DNA of 64,000 nucleotides from the human T2T-CHM13v2.0 reference genome, Homo sapiens, in NCBI RefSeq assembly GCF_009914755.1, contig NC_060931.1. One strand, written 5' to 3'. Below the pieces are notes generated by a model, which saw only the letters and a list, made by a program, of their open reading frames with translations, was not told the origin of the DNA and ran no database searches. Of this stretch, positions 13,926-26,539 are shown one piece after another; position 1 is the stretch's first letter, and every line of letters begins with the position of its first letter. The position numbers and the translations under genes are program-made.

Positions 13926-14124
13926 TAGCTAGACTTTCCTTCACCTCTTGAGTTTTTCAATCATGTTAATGTTTCAGGTAAAAATTCTAACACTGCCTGA
14001 TGTGATTTTCAATGTATATAAAGAAAATATTTAAGACAATTTTAAGTGTGCAGAACAAAGGAACATAAAGGGAGATAAGTTTTCTGCACTTAAACTGTTT
14101 AAAATGATGACACCAGTAAACTGA

Positions 14125-14520
14125 TTATATATGTACCATAGTATACACATAGATGTATAGGTATAAGTATATAGATGTAACACACACATACCTATATAGA
14201 CATATGCATGCGCATATATGTAGTGTAACATATATAGTGTACCTATATTACATAGTGTATATGGTATAATATATGTAGTATATATGTAACACATATATAC
14301 TATATATGTAATATGTAATATATACACACACTAGTGTATATATCTAATATACATATTACACTATGTAATTCTACTACATCAGAATGAGTAAAATCATTCT
14401 ACTACATCAGAATGAGTAATATAAGCACTTGTATATACACTATACATATTACACTGTGTGTGTGTGTATATATATAGTGTGTGTGTTTATATATATATAT
14501 AATAAATATATAGAGTATAA
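14125..14520. repeat. (TA)/(TG)-rich low-complexity tract with a 24-bp direct duplication
   Basis: ATTCTACTACATCAGAATGAGTAA at 14368-14391 and 14396-14419. Confidence 0.9.
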
Positions 14521-14988
14521 TACGTGGAGCAACCACTGAAAAGCCATACAGAAAGAAACACTCAAAAACAACACAGATAAATCCAAATAGAACTGTAAAA
14601 AGAAAATAAGCATATTAAAATTTGTAGGAGATGGCTAAAGCCATGCTGAGAGGGAAGTTTACAGCATGAAATGTGTGTGTATATGTATGTGTATAGTTAG
14701 GGAAACTAAACCTGATTCAGTTCTAAAGACTGGAGTATGTGCCTTGTCTTAGCACACTTATGAAAAAGAATAAAAAATAAAATAAAAAATGAAGACTGAA
14801 GTGTATATGATATTAACCGATGCCCTAGTTCCTGTTGCTTTGTGAGTGTTTAAAATATCCTAGGTCATGCCATAGCCCCACAGTAATGGAGATAACAGTG
14901 CTAGTTGAGATTTCATGCCTGAAAAAATTCTATCTACCAAAAACAAATTGACTATATTTCTCTCTTTATAGTACTCTTTTTGCCATTA

Positions 14989-15231
<243 letters not shown>

Positions 15232-15394
15232 TTAATATAATTTGGATCAAGGACAAAAGGAAACAAATGAAGAAGAATAGCATAACCATGGAGGCATAAA
15301 GAACACCAATCAATGAATGGAAGTGGAAATTTGGGATCAAGGCGCCAGGCAATTGGGCCACAAATGGAGGCAATAGAAAGGATGTGGCTAAGTG

Positions 15395-15560
15395 CACAGA
15401 TTGAGTCAAACCACATTCACTGGTTTTCTCATTTAGTAGCTGCGTGATCTTGAACATCACTTTTCTCATCATTAAAGAAACACAGTAATCTGCCTAATTA
15501 GTTTATTATAGGGATAAAATGAGATGACCTCTTTAATGCTCCTGGCACAGTATTTGTGTG
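15395..15560 (+). mobile_element. MIR
   Basis: TAGTAGCTGCGTGATCTTGAACA..AGGGATAAAATGAGATGA..GCTCCTGGCACAGTA. Confidence 0.7.
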
Positions 15561-15769
15561 GTACATCCTAAGGATGATAATAGCCAGCAGTTAGTAAAGA
15601 GTGGTAGCTGTGGTAAGGCAGACAAGCCTGACGCATTAAGTAGCAAAGCTCATCTTAGAATTATTCTCTGTATTCTTTTTCCTTTTTAAATTGAGCTGAA
15701 AAGCTGGATATCCTCTCTTTATGTCAATTGGAACAAAATATTCATGATTTCTATGCCTTTATTGATTAT

Positions 15770-16990
15770 ATTTTCATCCATACTCAAGGCTTTAAAAATA
15801 TCCATACCTCGATAGCTCTAAAATTTTTATCTTCAGCCCTGATATTTCTTCTTGAATGTATATTCAGCTGCCTACTCAGTTTATCCATTTGCATGTCTAC
15901 AGACTTTTAAGTTTTCCCTATGATCCTCACATCCTGGTCCTCATGGCCTTGTGGAATCTGCCACCCATCACCCCCAACCACCCAATTCTCAAGTGTTGTC
16001 AGGACTTGTGACTTGAATATATGGGAAGATAACGGAAAGTCACTCCTGTAATTATATTACATTATGTAAGACTCCATCTTGCTAGCTGATATTTTGGGGA
16101 GTCTTGCTGTCCTTTCTGGCCTTAAAGAAGCAAGCTTCCAGAAATCACAAGGCTGCAAAGAAAGGAAGACTACTGATGAATGGCTTGACTGAGCTTGGAA
16201 ACAGATCCCTTCCCCATTAAGCCTCCAGATAAGAACCCAGCTGGCTGATACCTTGTTTGTAGGCTTGCAAAGAATCCAGCTAAGTCCTGCCCAGATTCCA
16301 GCCCCACAGAAACTGTGAGATATTAATTTTGTGTGGTGTTAAGCCACCAAGTTTGTGGAAATTTGTTATGCAGCATAGAAAACAAATACCAGAATTTAAT
16401 AGGCATCTTCTCACAAACGTGTGGTGTCCAAAATAGAGCATTGATTCCCCCAGCACTCAAATATGTGTCTCATCTGATGTTCCCTGAGTTAGGTGACCCC
16501 ACCATTCACCCAGCTGATTAGGTAAAATATTTTAGAACACTTGGAGCTTGGTGGTCCAAATAATCCGGCCCATGTCCAACTCTCTTACCTCATATCCTAC
16601 CTCTTCTCTTTTTCATTTTTCTCCAGTCACAATGATCATCTTGCTGTTTCTTGAACATACAAAGCAAATTATTTATTATAGTCACGTAATTTGCTGTCCC
16701 TTTGCTGTCCTTCCTGTCTGAAATTACCTTTCCTTAAATATTCTCATGACTTGTTTTATTTTTTATTCAAATCACATTATCTCCTCATGGAAGTCTTTTA
16801 TGAATGATCTACTAAAGTAGAAAATTTTATGACTTCCATTTCACTTATGTTGGCTTAGTTTTTTAAAAATAATGCTTATTAAAACTGTCATTCATATCAT
16901 TTGTTTTTCCACTTACATTGTCATCTCACCAGAATATAAGCTATATGATGTTAGGTAACTTACTGGTTTTGTTATGTCTGTATTCTAAAA
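15770..16990 (+). mobile_element. L2 fragment split by an MLT1 LTR
   Basis: ATATTCAGCTGCCTACTCAGTTTATCCATTTGCATGTCT on the left resumes as AGGCATCTTCTCACAAAC..GTCCAAAATAGAGC on the right; 3' part ACCAGAATATAAGCTATATGA. Confidence 0.7.
15925..16390 (+). mobile_element. MLT1 (F/G-like) LTR inserted in L2
   Basis: GACTCCATCTTGCTAGC..GAGCTTGGAAACAGATCC..CCCCACAGAAACTGTGAGAT..AAATTTGTTATGCAGCATAGAAAACAAATAC. Confidence 0.8.
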
Positions 16991-17716
16991 CAAAACAAGA
17001 GGAGTTGATCAATTTGGCCTAAAATTGCATGCACTTGCAACCATTTGGAATTTTTCTAGAAAAGACATTCTATTACAATGCTTTAGAAGTTCAAGTTATC
17101 TCAGGGAAAAGCAGGAGAGTACATTTCAAACATTTATTGAATATGTAATGCTAACTAATCATAAGACTATATTCTATCTTCATCCTTTTATATTGTTTTG
17201 AGAAATGACTTAAATGAATTATCCTCAAAAAGTAATAAGTATGCCAAACTGCAGCTCTTAATTGCTCTGCCAATTATACCTTAGCAATCCTTTTTAACTA
17301 TTGTGTATATAATGCAAAGAAATGAAAAACAATGTGTCAAAAAAGTAAAATAACTTATTCCCAAGTATGTTAACAGTGAGCATTAAAGTCAGATCTGTAA
17401 CCTTATTCGACGTTAAAGTCAGAGGAGATCTGCCTGGGGTGACTCAATCCATCATACTGCCATTGTTTGACAGTCACAGGCAAGAGGAAATACCTAGGAA
17501 CTACAAATGAATTTACTCACTAATGATTCATAGCAATTTGCAGAATATTGTATTTGGCACATTTTCTTCACATAGTTCCTTATATTACAATAAAAGGAAG
17601 CTGCTTTCTATGTCATTTATATTTTATACAATTTTGCTAATAGACTGGAGTAATGTGCTAATAAGTTGAATCAAATAATTATTTCTTCTCTTGTCTGAGT
17701 CAGTTCTTTGCTGCTA

Positions 17717-17900
17717 GAGGAATGGACAGCCCAAATGATTGATAACAGAATCCACAAACTTTCACCTCCACGTCACCAGTTTGAACCCAAGCTAGTTGAG
17801 CAATGAGAGACATTTGTTTCCATTGGCAACTCGTCAGAGTCTTGCATGAAATGAATGGCTAGTCTCTATTTGCTTACTGGACCTGAAATGACAGTTACTT
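17717..17900 (+). mobile_element. LF-SINE (LFSINE_Vert) 5' portion
   Basis: Colinear with recalled LF-SINE consensus blocks: GAGGAATGGACAGCCCA (cons. GGGGACTGGATGGCTCA), CTTTCACCTCCACGTCAC (CTTTCACCTCTAGGTCAC), TTTCCATT (TTACCATC), TGAAATGAATGGCTAGTCTC (TGAAATGAGTTGGTGGTCTC). Confidence 0.8.
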
Positions 17901-18244
17901 GCAATGATAAATATATTGTGCTGTGAGTAAAGACCTAGATTATCATTATCCTAACATTCTTTTCCAAGGTTCTAAAGTTAATATACGAGATTGGTTGGTA
18001 TTCAACTTCTGACTAGAATTTTACTCTCTGAGGCAAATTTATATTGTTCCCAATGTTCTCAACATCAAATGTTATTCTCATTTTTAATAAGTAAAAGAAA
18101 TGTAGTTTAGTAATAAACCAAATATGCATATGATAACTGAAGTTTTGCCTTTTTTTTATTTCACAAAAGTTGGGGTGTCACATTTAGAAAATTTAAATAG
18201 ATGTTATATATATATTTTTAATTTCCCCAATTTATTTACTCTTA

Positions 18245-18745
18245 TCATTTTTTAACTTTTGTTTTAAGTTCAAGTGTATGTGGGAAGATTTGTTATATTG
18301 GTAAACCCTTTGTCATGGATGTTTGTTGTATGGATTATTTCATCACCCAGGTACTAAGCAAAGTACCCGATAGTTATTTTTTCTGTTCTTCTCCCTCCGC
18401 CCACTATCCACTCTCAAGTAGGTCCCGGTGTTTGTCGTTCACTTCTTTGTGCTTATGAGTTCTCATCATTTAGCTCCCACTTATAAGTGAGAACATGCAG
18501 TATTTTTTTTTCTGGTCCTGCATTAGTTTGCTAAGGATAATGGCTTCTAGCTTCATCTATATTCCTGCAAAAGACATGACCTTGCTCTTTTTATGGCTGC
18601 GTAGTATTCTGTGGTGTATATGTACCACATTTTATGTAGTTAATCTGTCATCGATGGCCATTTAGGTTGATTCCATGTCTTTGCTATCGTGAATAGTGCT
18701 GCAATGAACATTCCTGTGCATGCGTCTTTGTAGCAGAATGATTTA
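18245..18745 (-). mobile_element. L1PA13-16-like 3' end
   Basis: TTTTAAGTTCAAGTGTATGTG..GATTATTTCATCACCCAGGTACTAAGC..TAGCTCCCACTTATAAGTGAGAACATGCAG. Confidence 0.85.
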
Positions 18746-18759
18746 TAACATTTATATAT

Positions 18760-19555
18760 ATTTTGTTTCAATAATTTTTAGGATACAGGTGGTTTTTGAT
18801 TACATGGATACATTCTTTGGTGGTGATTTTTGAGACATTGCCACACCCATCACCCAAGCAGTGTACACTGTACCCAGTATGTAGCCTTTTATCCCTCACC
18901 CCTCCCATCCTTCCCTCAAGCCCCCAAAGTTCATTGTACCATTTTTAATGCCTTTGCATCCTCATGGTTTAGCTCCCACTTATGAGTGAGAACATACAGT
19001 ATTTGGTTTTCCATTCCTGAGTTGCTTCACTTAGAATAATGACCTCCAGTTGCATCCAAGTTACTGCAATGGCCATTATTTCATTCTGCATTATGGCTAA
19101 GTAGTAGTCCATGGTGCATCTTTACCACATTTTCTTTCTCCACTCATTCATCCATGGGCATTTAGGTAGGTTCCATATTTTTGTAATTGTTAATTGTGCC
19201 ACTGTAAACATGTGTGTGCATGTGCCTTTTTCATATAATGACTTCTTTTCCTTTGGGGAGGTACCCAGTAGTGGAATTGCTGGATCAAATGGTAGTTTTA
19301 CTTTCAGTTCTTGAAGGAATCTCCATGCTATTTTCCATAGTGGTTGTACTAGCTTACATTTCCACCAGCAGTGGCAAAACATTCCATTTTCACCAAATCC
19401 ACACCAACTTATATTCTTCTTTGAGGTTTTATTCATCACCATTCTTACAGGAGTAAGTTAGTATCTCATTGTGGTTTTAACTTGCATTTCCCCAATGATT
19501 AGTGATGTTAAACTTTTTTTTTTTTGTATGTTTATTGGCTGTTTGCATATCTTTT
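18760..19555 (-). mobile_element. L1PB-like 3' end
   Basis: GATACAGGTGGTTTTTGATTACATGGA..CACCCATCACCCAAGCAGTGTACACTGTACCC; ORF2 C-terminal remnant 19122-19442 (HCWWKCKLVQPLWK). Confidence 0.85.
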
Positions 19556-19604
19556 TTTTCATCTCCGTACTGAAGTTTTATTTTTAAGCTTTTTTGAACT
19601 TGTA

Positions 19605-19735
19605 AATTCAGTTTATTTATTTTCCATAAGTTATTGGGATACAGGTTACATGAGAAAGGTCTTTATTGGTGATTTGTGAGATTTTGGTGTACCCATCAAC
19701 CAAGCACTATACACTGCACAATATTTGTAATCTTT
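19605..19735 (-). mobile_element. Short L1PB1-like 3' terminal fragment
   Basis: TTTCCATAAGTTATTGGGATACAGG..GGTGATTTGTGAGATTTTGGTGTACCCATCA. Confidence 0.75.
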
Positions 19736-19754
19736 TTTTTCCATTGATGGGAAA

Positions 19755-22700
19755 TTTATTTTTATTTATTTATTTTTTATTATGCTTTAAGTTCTGGGAT
19801 ACATGTGCAGAACGTGCAGGTTTGTTACATAGATAATACACATGCCATGGTAGTTTGCTGTACCCATCAACCCGTCATCTACATTAGGTATTTCTCCTAA
19901 TGCTATCCCTCCCCTAGCCCCCCATCTCCCAAAGGACCCCGGTGTGTGATGTTCCCTTCCCTGTGTCCATGTGTTCTCAATATTCATCTCCAACTTATGA
20001 GTGAAAACATGCAATGTTTGGTTTTCTTGTTCCTGTGTTAGTTTGCTGAGAATGATGGTTTCCAGCTTCATCCATGTTCCTGCAAAGGAAAGGAACTCAT
20101 CCTTTTATGTGGCTGCATAGTATTCCATGGTGTATATGTGCCACATTTTCTTTATCCAGTCTATCATTAATGGACATTTGGGTTGGTTCCAAGTCTTTGC
20201 TATTGTGAAAAGTGCTGCAATAAACATACATGTGCATGTGTCTTTACAGTAGAATGATTTAAAATCCTTTGGGTATATACACAGTAATGGGATTGCTGAA
20301 TCCAGTGGTATTTCTGGTTCTAGATCCTTGAGGAATTGCCACACTGTCTTCCACGATGTTTGAACTAATTTACACACCCACCAACAGTGTAAAAGCATTC
20401 CTATTACTCCACATCCACTCCAGTACCTGTTGTTTACTGACTTTTTAGTGATCACCATTCTAACTGGCGTGAGATGGTATCACATTGTGGTTTTGATTTG
20501 CATTTCTCTAATGACCAGGGATGATGAGCATTTTTTCATATGTTTGTTGGCTGCATAAATGTCTTCTTTTGAGAAGTGTCTGTTCATATCCTTCACCCAC
20601 TTTTTGATGGGATTGTTTGTTTTTTTCTTGTAAATTTGTTTGAGTTCCTTGTAGATTCTGGATATTAGCCCTTGATCAGATGGAGAGATTGCAAAACTTT
20701 TCTCCCATTCTGTAGATTGTTTGTTCACTCTGATGATAGTTTCTTTTGCTGTGCAGAAGCTTTTCACTTTACTTAAATCCCATTTGCCAATTTTGGTTTT
20801 TGTTGCCATCGCTTTTGGTGTTTCAGTCATGAAGTCCTTGCCCATGCCTATGTCCTGAATGGTATTGCCTAGGTTTTCTTTTAGGGTTTGTATGGTTTTA
20901 GGTCTTACATTTAAGTCTTAATCCATTTTGAGTTAATTTTTGCATAAGGTGTAAGGAAGGGTTCCAATTTCAGTTTTCTGCATATGGCTAGCCAGTTTTC
21001 CCAATACCATTATTAAAATAGGGGAAACTTTCCCAAATGCTTGTTGTTGTTAGGTTTGTCAAAGATCAGATGGTTGTAGATGTGTGGTGTTACTTCTGAG
21101 GACTCTGTTCTGTTCCATTGGTTTATATTTCTGTTTTGATACCAGTATCATGCTGTTTTGGTTACTGTAGGCTTGCAGTCTAGTTTGAAGTCAGGTAGTG
21201 TGATGCCCCCAGCTTTGTTCTTTTTGCTTAGGATCGCCTTGGCTATACGGGCTCTTTTTTGGTTCCATATGAAATTTGAAGTAGTTTTTTCTAATTCTGT
21301 GAAGAAAGTCAATGGTAGCTTGATAGAGATATCATTGAATCTGTAAATTTCTTGGGGAACTATGGCCATTTTCAATACATTGATTCTTCCTATCCATGAG
21401 CATGGTATGTTTTTCCATTTGTTTGTGTCCTCTCTTATTCCCTTGAGCAGTGGTTTGTAGTTCTTCTTGAAGAGGTCCAACACATCCCTTATAAGTTGTA
21501 TTCCTAGTTATTTTATTATCTTTGTAGCAATTATGAATGGGAGTTCACTCACGATTTGGCTTTCTGTTTGTCTGTTATTGGTGTATAGGAATGCTTGTGA
21601 TTTTTCACACTGATTTTGTATCCTGAGACTTTGCTGAAGTTGCTTATCAGCTTAAGGAGTTTTTAGGCTGAGACAATGGGATTTTCAAAATATACAATCA
21701 TGTCATCTGCAGACAGAGATAACTTTACTTCTTCTCTTCACATTTGAATATGCTTTACTTCTTTCTCTTGCCTAATTGTCCTGGCCAGAACATCCAATAT
21801 GATGTTGAATAAGAGTGGTGAGAGAGGGCATCCTTGTCTTGTGCTGGTTTTCAAAAGGAATGCTTCCAGCTTTTGCCCATTCATTGTGATATTGGCTGTG
21901 GGTTTGTCATGAATAGCTCTTATTATTTTGAGATATGTTCCATCGATACCTAGTTTATTGAGTGTTTTTAGCATGAAGGGGTGTTTATTTTACCGAAGGC
22001 CTTTTCTGCATCTATTGAGATAATCACGTGGTTTTTGTCATTGGTTCTATTTATATGATGGATTATGTTTATTGATTTGTGTATGTTGAACCAGCCTTGC
22101 ATCTCAGGGATGCAGCTGACTTGATCATGGTGGATAAGCTTTTTGATGTGCTGCTGGATTTGGTTTGCCAGTATATTATTGAGGCTTTTTGTATTGATGT
22201 TCATCAGGATATTGGCCTGATATTTTCTTTTTTTGTTGTGTCTCTGCCAGGTTTTGGTATCAGGATGATGTTGCCCTCATAAAATGAGTCTGGGAGGAGT
22301 CCTTCTTTTTCTATTGTTTGGAATAGTTTCAGAAGGAATGGTACCAACTCCTTTTTGTACCTCTGGTGGAATTTGGCTGTGAATCATGTGGTCCTGGGTT
22401 TTTTTTTGGTTTCTTAATTACTGCCTCAATTTCAGAATTTGTTATTGGTCTATTCAGGGATTTGACTTCTTCCTGGTTTAGTCTTGGGAGGGAGCATATG
22501 TCCAGGAATTTATCCATTTCTTCTAGATTTTCTAGTTTATTTGCATAGAGGTATTTATAGTATTTTCTGATGGTAGTTTGTATTTCTGTGGGATCAGTGG
22601 TGATATCCCCTTAATCATTTTGTATTGTGTCTGTTTGATTCTTCTCTCTTATTCTTTATTAGTCTGCCTAGCAGTCTATCTATTTTGTTAATCTTTTCAA

Positions 22701-25700
22701 GAAAAGATTCATTGATTTTTTTGAAGGGTTTTTCATGTCTCTATCTCCTTCAGGTTTGCTCAGATCTTAGTTATTTATTTTCTTCTGCCAGTTTTTGAAT
22801 TTGTTTGCTCTTCCTTCTCTAGTTCTTCTAATTGTGATTTTAGGGTGTCGATTTTAGATCTTTCCCACTTTCTGCTGTGGGTGTTTAGTGCTATAAATTT
22901 CCCTCTAAACACTGCTTTAGCTGTGTCCCTGAGATTCTGATACATTGTGTCTTTGTTCTCATTGGTTTCAAAGAACTTATTTATTTCTGCCTTAAGTTTG
23001 TTATTTACCCAGAAGTCATTCAGGAGCAGGTTGTTCAGTTTCCATGTAGTTGTGCGGTTTTGAGTGATTTTCTTAAACCTGAGTTCTAATTTGATTGCAC
23101 TGTAGTCTGAGAGACTGTTTGTTATGATTTGCATTCTTTTAAATTTGCTGACAAGTGCTTTACTTCCAATTATGTAGTCAATTTTAGAATAAGTGTGATG
23201 TGGTGCTGAGAAGAATATATATTCTGTCGATTTGGGGTGGAGAGTTCTCTAGATATCTATTAGGTCCACTTGTTCCAGAGCTGAGTTCAAGTTCTGAATA
23301 TCCTTCTTAATTTTCTGTCTCGTTGATCTGTCTAATATTGACAGAGGGGTAATGTCTCCCACTATTATTGTGTGGAAGCCTAAGTCTCTTTGTAGGTCTC
23401 TAAGAACTTGCTTTATGAATCTGGGTGCTCTTGTATTGGGTGCATATATATTTAGGATAGTTAGCTCTTCTTGTTGCGTTGATCCCTTTACCATTATGTA
23501 ATACCCCTCTTTGTCTTTTTTTAATCTTTGTTGGTTTAAAGTCTGTTTTATCAGAGACTAGGATTGCAACCTTTTCTGTTTATTCTTTCCATTTGCTTGG
23601 TGAATATTCCTCCACCCTTTATTTTTAGCCTATATGTGTCTTTGCACCTGGCATGGGTCTCCTGAATACAGCACACAGATGGGTCTTGACCCTTTATCCA
23701 ATGTGCCAGTCTGTGTCTCTTAACTGGGGCTTTTAGCCCATTTACATTTAAGGTTAATATTGTTATGTGAATTTGATCCTGTCATTATGATGCTAGCTGG
23801 TTATTTTGCCCATTAGTTGATGCAGTTTCTTCATAGTGTCAATGGTTTTTGCAATTTGTTACCTTTTTGTAGTGAATGGTACCAGTTTTTTTCTTTCCAT
23901 ATTTAGTGCTTCCTTCAGAAACTCTTGTAAGGCAGGCCTGGTGGTGACAAAAACTATCAGCATTTGCTTCTCTGTAAAGGATTTTATTTCTCCTTCGCTT
24001 ATGAAGCTTAGTATGGCTGGATATGAAATTCTGGGTTGAAAATTATTTTCTTTAAGAATGTTGAATATTGGTCCCCACTCTCTTCTGGCTGGTAGGGTTT
24101 CTGCAGGGAGATCTGCTGTTAGTCTGATGGGCTTCCCTTTTTGGGTAACTTGACCTTTCTCTCTCGCTGCCTTTAACATTTTTCCTTCATTTCAACCTTG
24201 GTGAATCTGATGATTATGTGTTTTGGGGTTTCTCTTCTCAAGGAGTATCTTTGTGGTGTTCTCTGTATTTCCTGAATTTGAATGTTGGCCTGCCTTGCTA
24301 GGTTGGGGAAGCTCTCCTGGATAATATCCTGAAGAGTGTTTTCCAACTTGGTTCCATTCCCCCCCGTCACTTTCAGGTACACCAATCAAACGTAGGTTTG
24401 GTCTTTACACATAGTCCAATATTTCCTGGAGGCTCTTTTTGTTCCTTTTTATTCTTTTTTCTCTAATCTTGTCTTCATGCTTTATTTCATTATGTTGATC
24501 TTCAATCTCTGATATCCTGTCGTCCACTTGATCAATTCAGCTATTGACACTTGTGTATGCTTCACGAAGTTCTTGTGCTGTGTTTTTCAGCTCCATCATT
24601 TCATTTATGTTCTTCTCTAAACTGATTATTCTAGTTAACCATTCCTCTAACTTTTTTCAAGGTTCTTTGCTTCCTTGCATTGGGTTAGAACATGCTCTTT
24701 TAGCTTGGAGGAGTTTGTTATTACCCACCTTCTGTAACCTACTTCTGTTAATTTGTCAAACTCATTCTCTGTCTAGTTTTTTCCCTTGCTGGTGAGGAGT
24801 TGTGATCCTTTGGAGGAGAAAAGGCATTCCGGTTTTTGGAATTTTCAGCCTTTTTGCACTGGTTTTTCCTCATCTTCGTGGATTTATCTACCTTTGGTCT
24901 TTGATGTTGGTGACCTTCGGATGGGGTTTCTGTGTGGACGTCCTTTTTGTTGGTGTTAATACCATTCCTGTTTGTTAGTTTTCCTTCTAACAGTCATGTC
25001 CCTCTGCTGCAGGTCTGCTGGAGTTTGCTCAGGTCCACCCCAGACCCTGTTTGGCTAGGTACTACCAGTGGAGGCTGCAGAACAGCAAAGTTTGCTGCCT
25101 GTTCCTTCTTCTGGAACCTTCATCCCAGAGGGGCACCCACCAGGTTCCAGCTGGAGCTGTCCTGTATGAGGTGTCTGTCAACCCCTGCTGGGAAGAGTCT
25201 CCCAGTCAGGAGGCACAGGGGTCAAGGACCCACTTAAGGAGGTAGTCTGTCCCTTAGCAGAGCTCAAGCACTGTGCTGGGAGATCCACTGCTATCTTCAG
25301 AGGTGGCAGGCAGTTTAAGTTCTGCTGAAGTTGCACTCACAGCCACCCCTTCCTCCAGGTGTTCTGTCTCAGGCAGATGGGAGTTTTATCTATAAGCTCC
25401 TGACTGGGGCTGCTGCCTTTCTTTCAGAGATGCCATGCCCAGAGAGGAGGAATCTAGAGAGGCAGTCTGGCTGCAGTGGCTTTGTGGCACTGCGGTGAGC
25501 TCCGCCCGGTTCAAACTTCCTGGAAGCTTTGTTTACACTGTGAGGGGAAAACCACCTACTCAAGCCTCAGTAATGGTGGATGCCCTTCCCCCTGCCAAGC
25601 TTAAGTGTCCCAGGTCAACTTCAGACTGCTGTGCTGGCAGTGAGAATTTCAAGCCAGTGGATCTTAGCTTGCTGGCCTCTATGGGGGTGGGATCTGCTGA

Positions 25701-26205
25701 GCTAGACCACTTGGCTCTCTTGCGTCAGCCCCTTTTCCAGGGAAGTGAAGCGTTCTGTCTCGCTGGCATTCCAGGCACCACTGGGTTATGAAAAAAATCT
25801 CCTGCAGCTAGCTTGGTGTCTGCCCAAATGGCCACCCAGTTTTGTGCTTGAAACCCAGGGCTCTGGTGGCATAAGCACCCAAAGGAATCTCCTGGTCTGT
25901 GGGTTGTGAAGACCATAGGAAAGCATGGTATCTGGGCTGGAGTGCACTGTTCCTCACAGCATAGTCCCTCATAGCATCCCTTGGCTAGGGGAGGGAGTTC
26001 CCTGACCCCCTGCACTTCCCAGGTGAGGCGACACGCCACCCTGCTTTGGCTAACCCTCTGTGGGCTGTACCCACTGTCTAACCAGTCCCAGTGAGATGAG
26101 CTGGGTACCTTAGTTGGAAATGCAGAAGTCACCCACCTTCTGCTTTGATCTCGCTGGGAGCTGTAGACTGGAGCTGTTCCTATTCAGCCATCTTGCCAGC
26201 CACCA
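19755..26205 (-). mobile_element. Full-length L1PA7/8-like LINE-1 (about 6.45 kb); ORF1 and ORF2 disrupted
   Basis: Minus-strand 5' UTR starts GCTGGCAAGATGGCTGAATAGGAACAGCTCC; ORF1 pieces at 23859-24385; ORF2 pieces at 20105-23494 in several frames; 3' UTR and degenerate poly(A) at 19755-19790. Confidence 0.95.
25573..25791 (+). CDS. L1 ORF0-like antisense ORF (72 aa), with in-frame upstream ATG at 25435 giving 118 aa
   Basis: MVDALPPAKLKCPRSTSDCCAGS..SMGVGSAE aligns with L1HS ORF0 MAGAPPPASLPPCSLISDCCAS..SVGVGPSE; context GTAATGG. Expression unknown. Confidence 0.5.
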   Translation: MVDALPPAKLKCPRSTSDCCAGSENFKPVDLSLLASMGVGSAELDHLALLRQPLFQGSEAFCLAGIPGTTGL

Positions 26206-26539
26206 ACGTTATGATATTTTTAAGTTAATTTAATAATAAATTTAAAAGTAAACTCATAGGAGGTTGTTTTCTGAAGGTGTTTCAAGACTAGGGAAATTAT
26301 ATCTTTTGTTCCACTGACATGGGATCCAGTGGGTGAGTTAGTCAGAAGTAAGGTACACTTACTGGGGCCCTCATGGCTTTTAAAAGCAATTAAAAGGTAT
26401 GTAATAGAAGAAAAACATATTTTCACAGATAACTTAAAAATATATGCTCTTTGTAGTTGCCTCCTTTGTTTTCAGTATGCAGAGTCCCTGTACTCACTAT
26501 CATGGTTAAGGTTATCATTAGAGGTGTTCAAAAATATTC

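Larger units (their letters stand above)
13050..14690 (+). mobile_element. Old L1M ORF1/inter-ORF fragment interrupted by MER44A and a TA-rich tract
   Basis: ORF1-like sequence AGAGACCTGTGGGACTACAACAAAAGATCTAATATT..GAGTTCCAGGAAAGG..AACCCAAAGAAATCCATGCCTAGATATATCATC. Confidence 0.75.
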
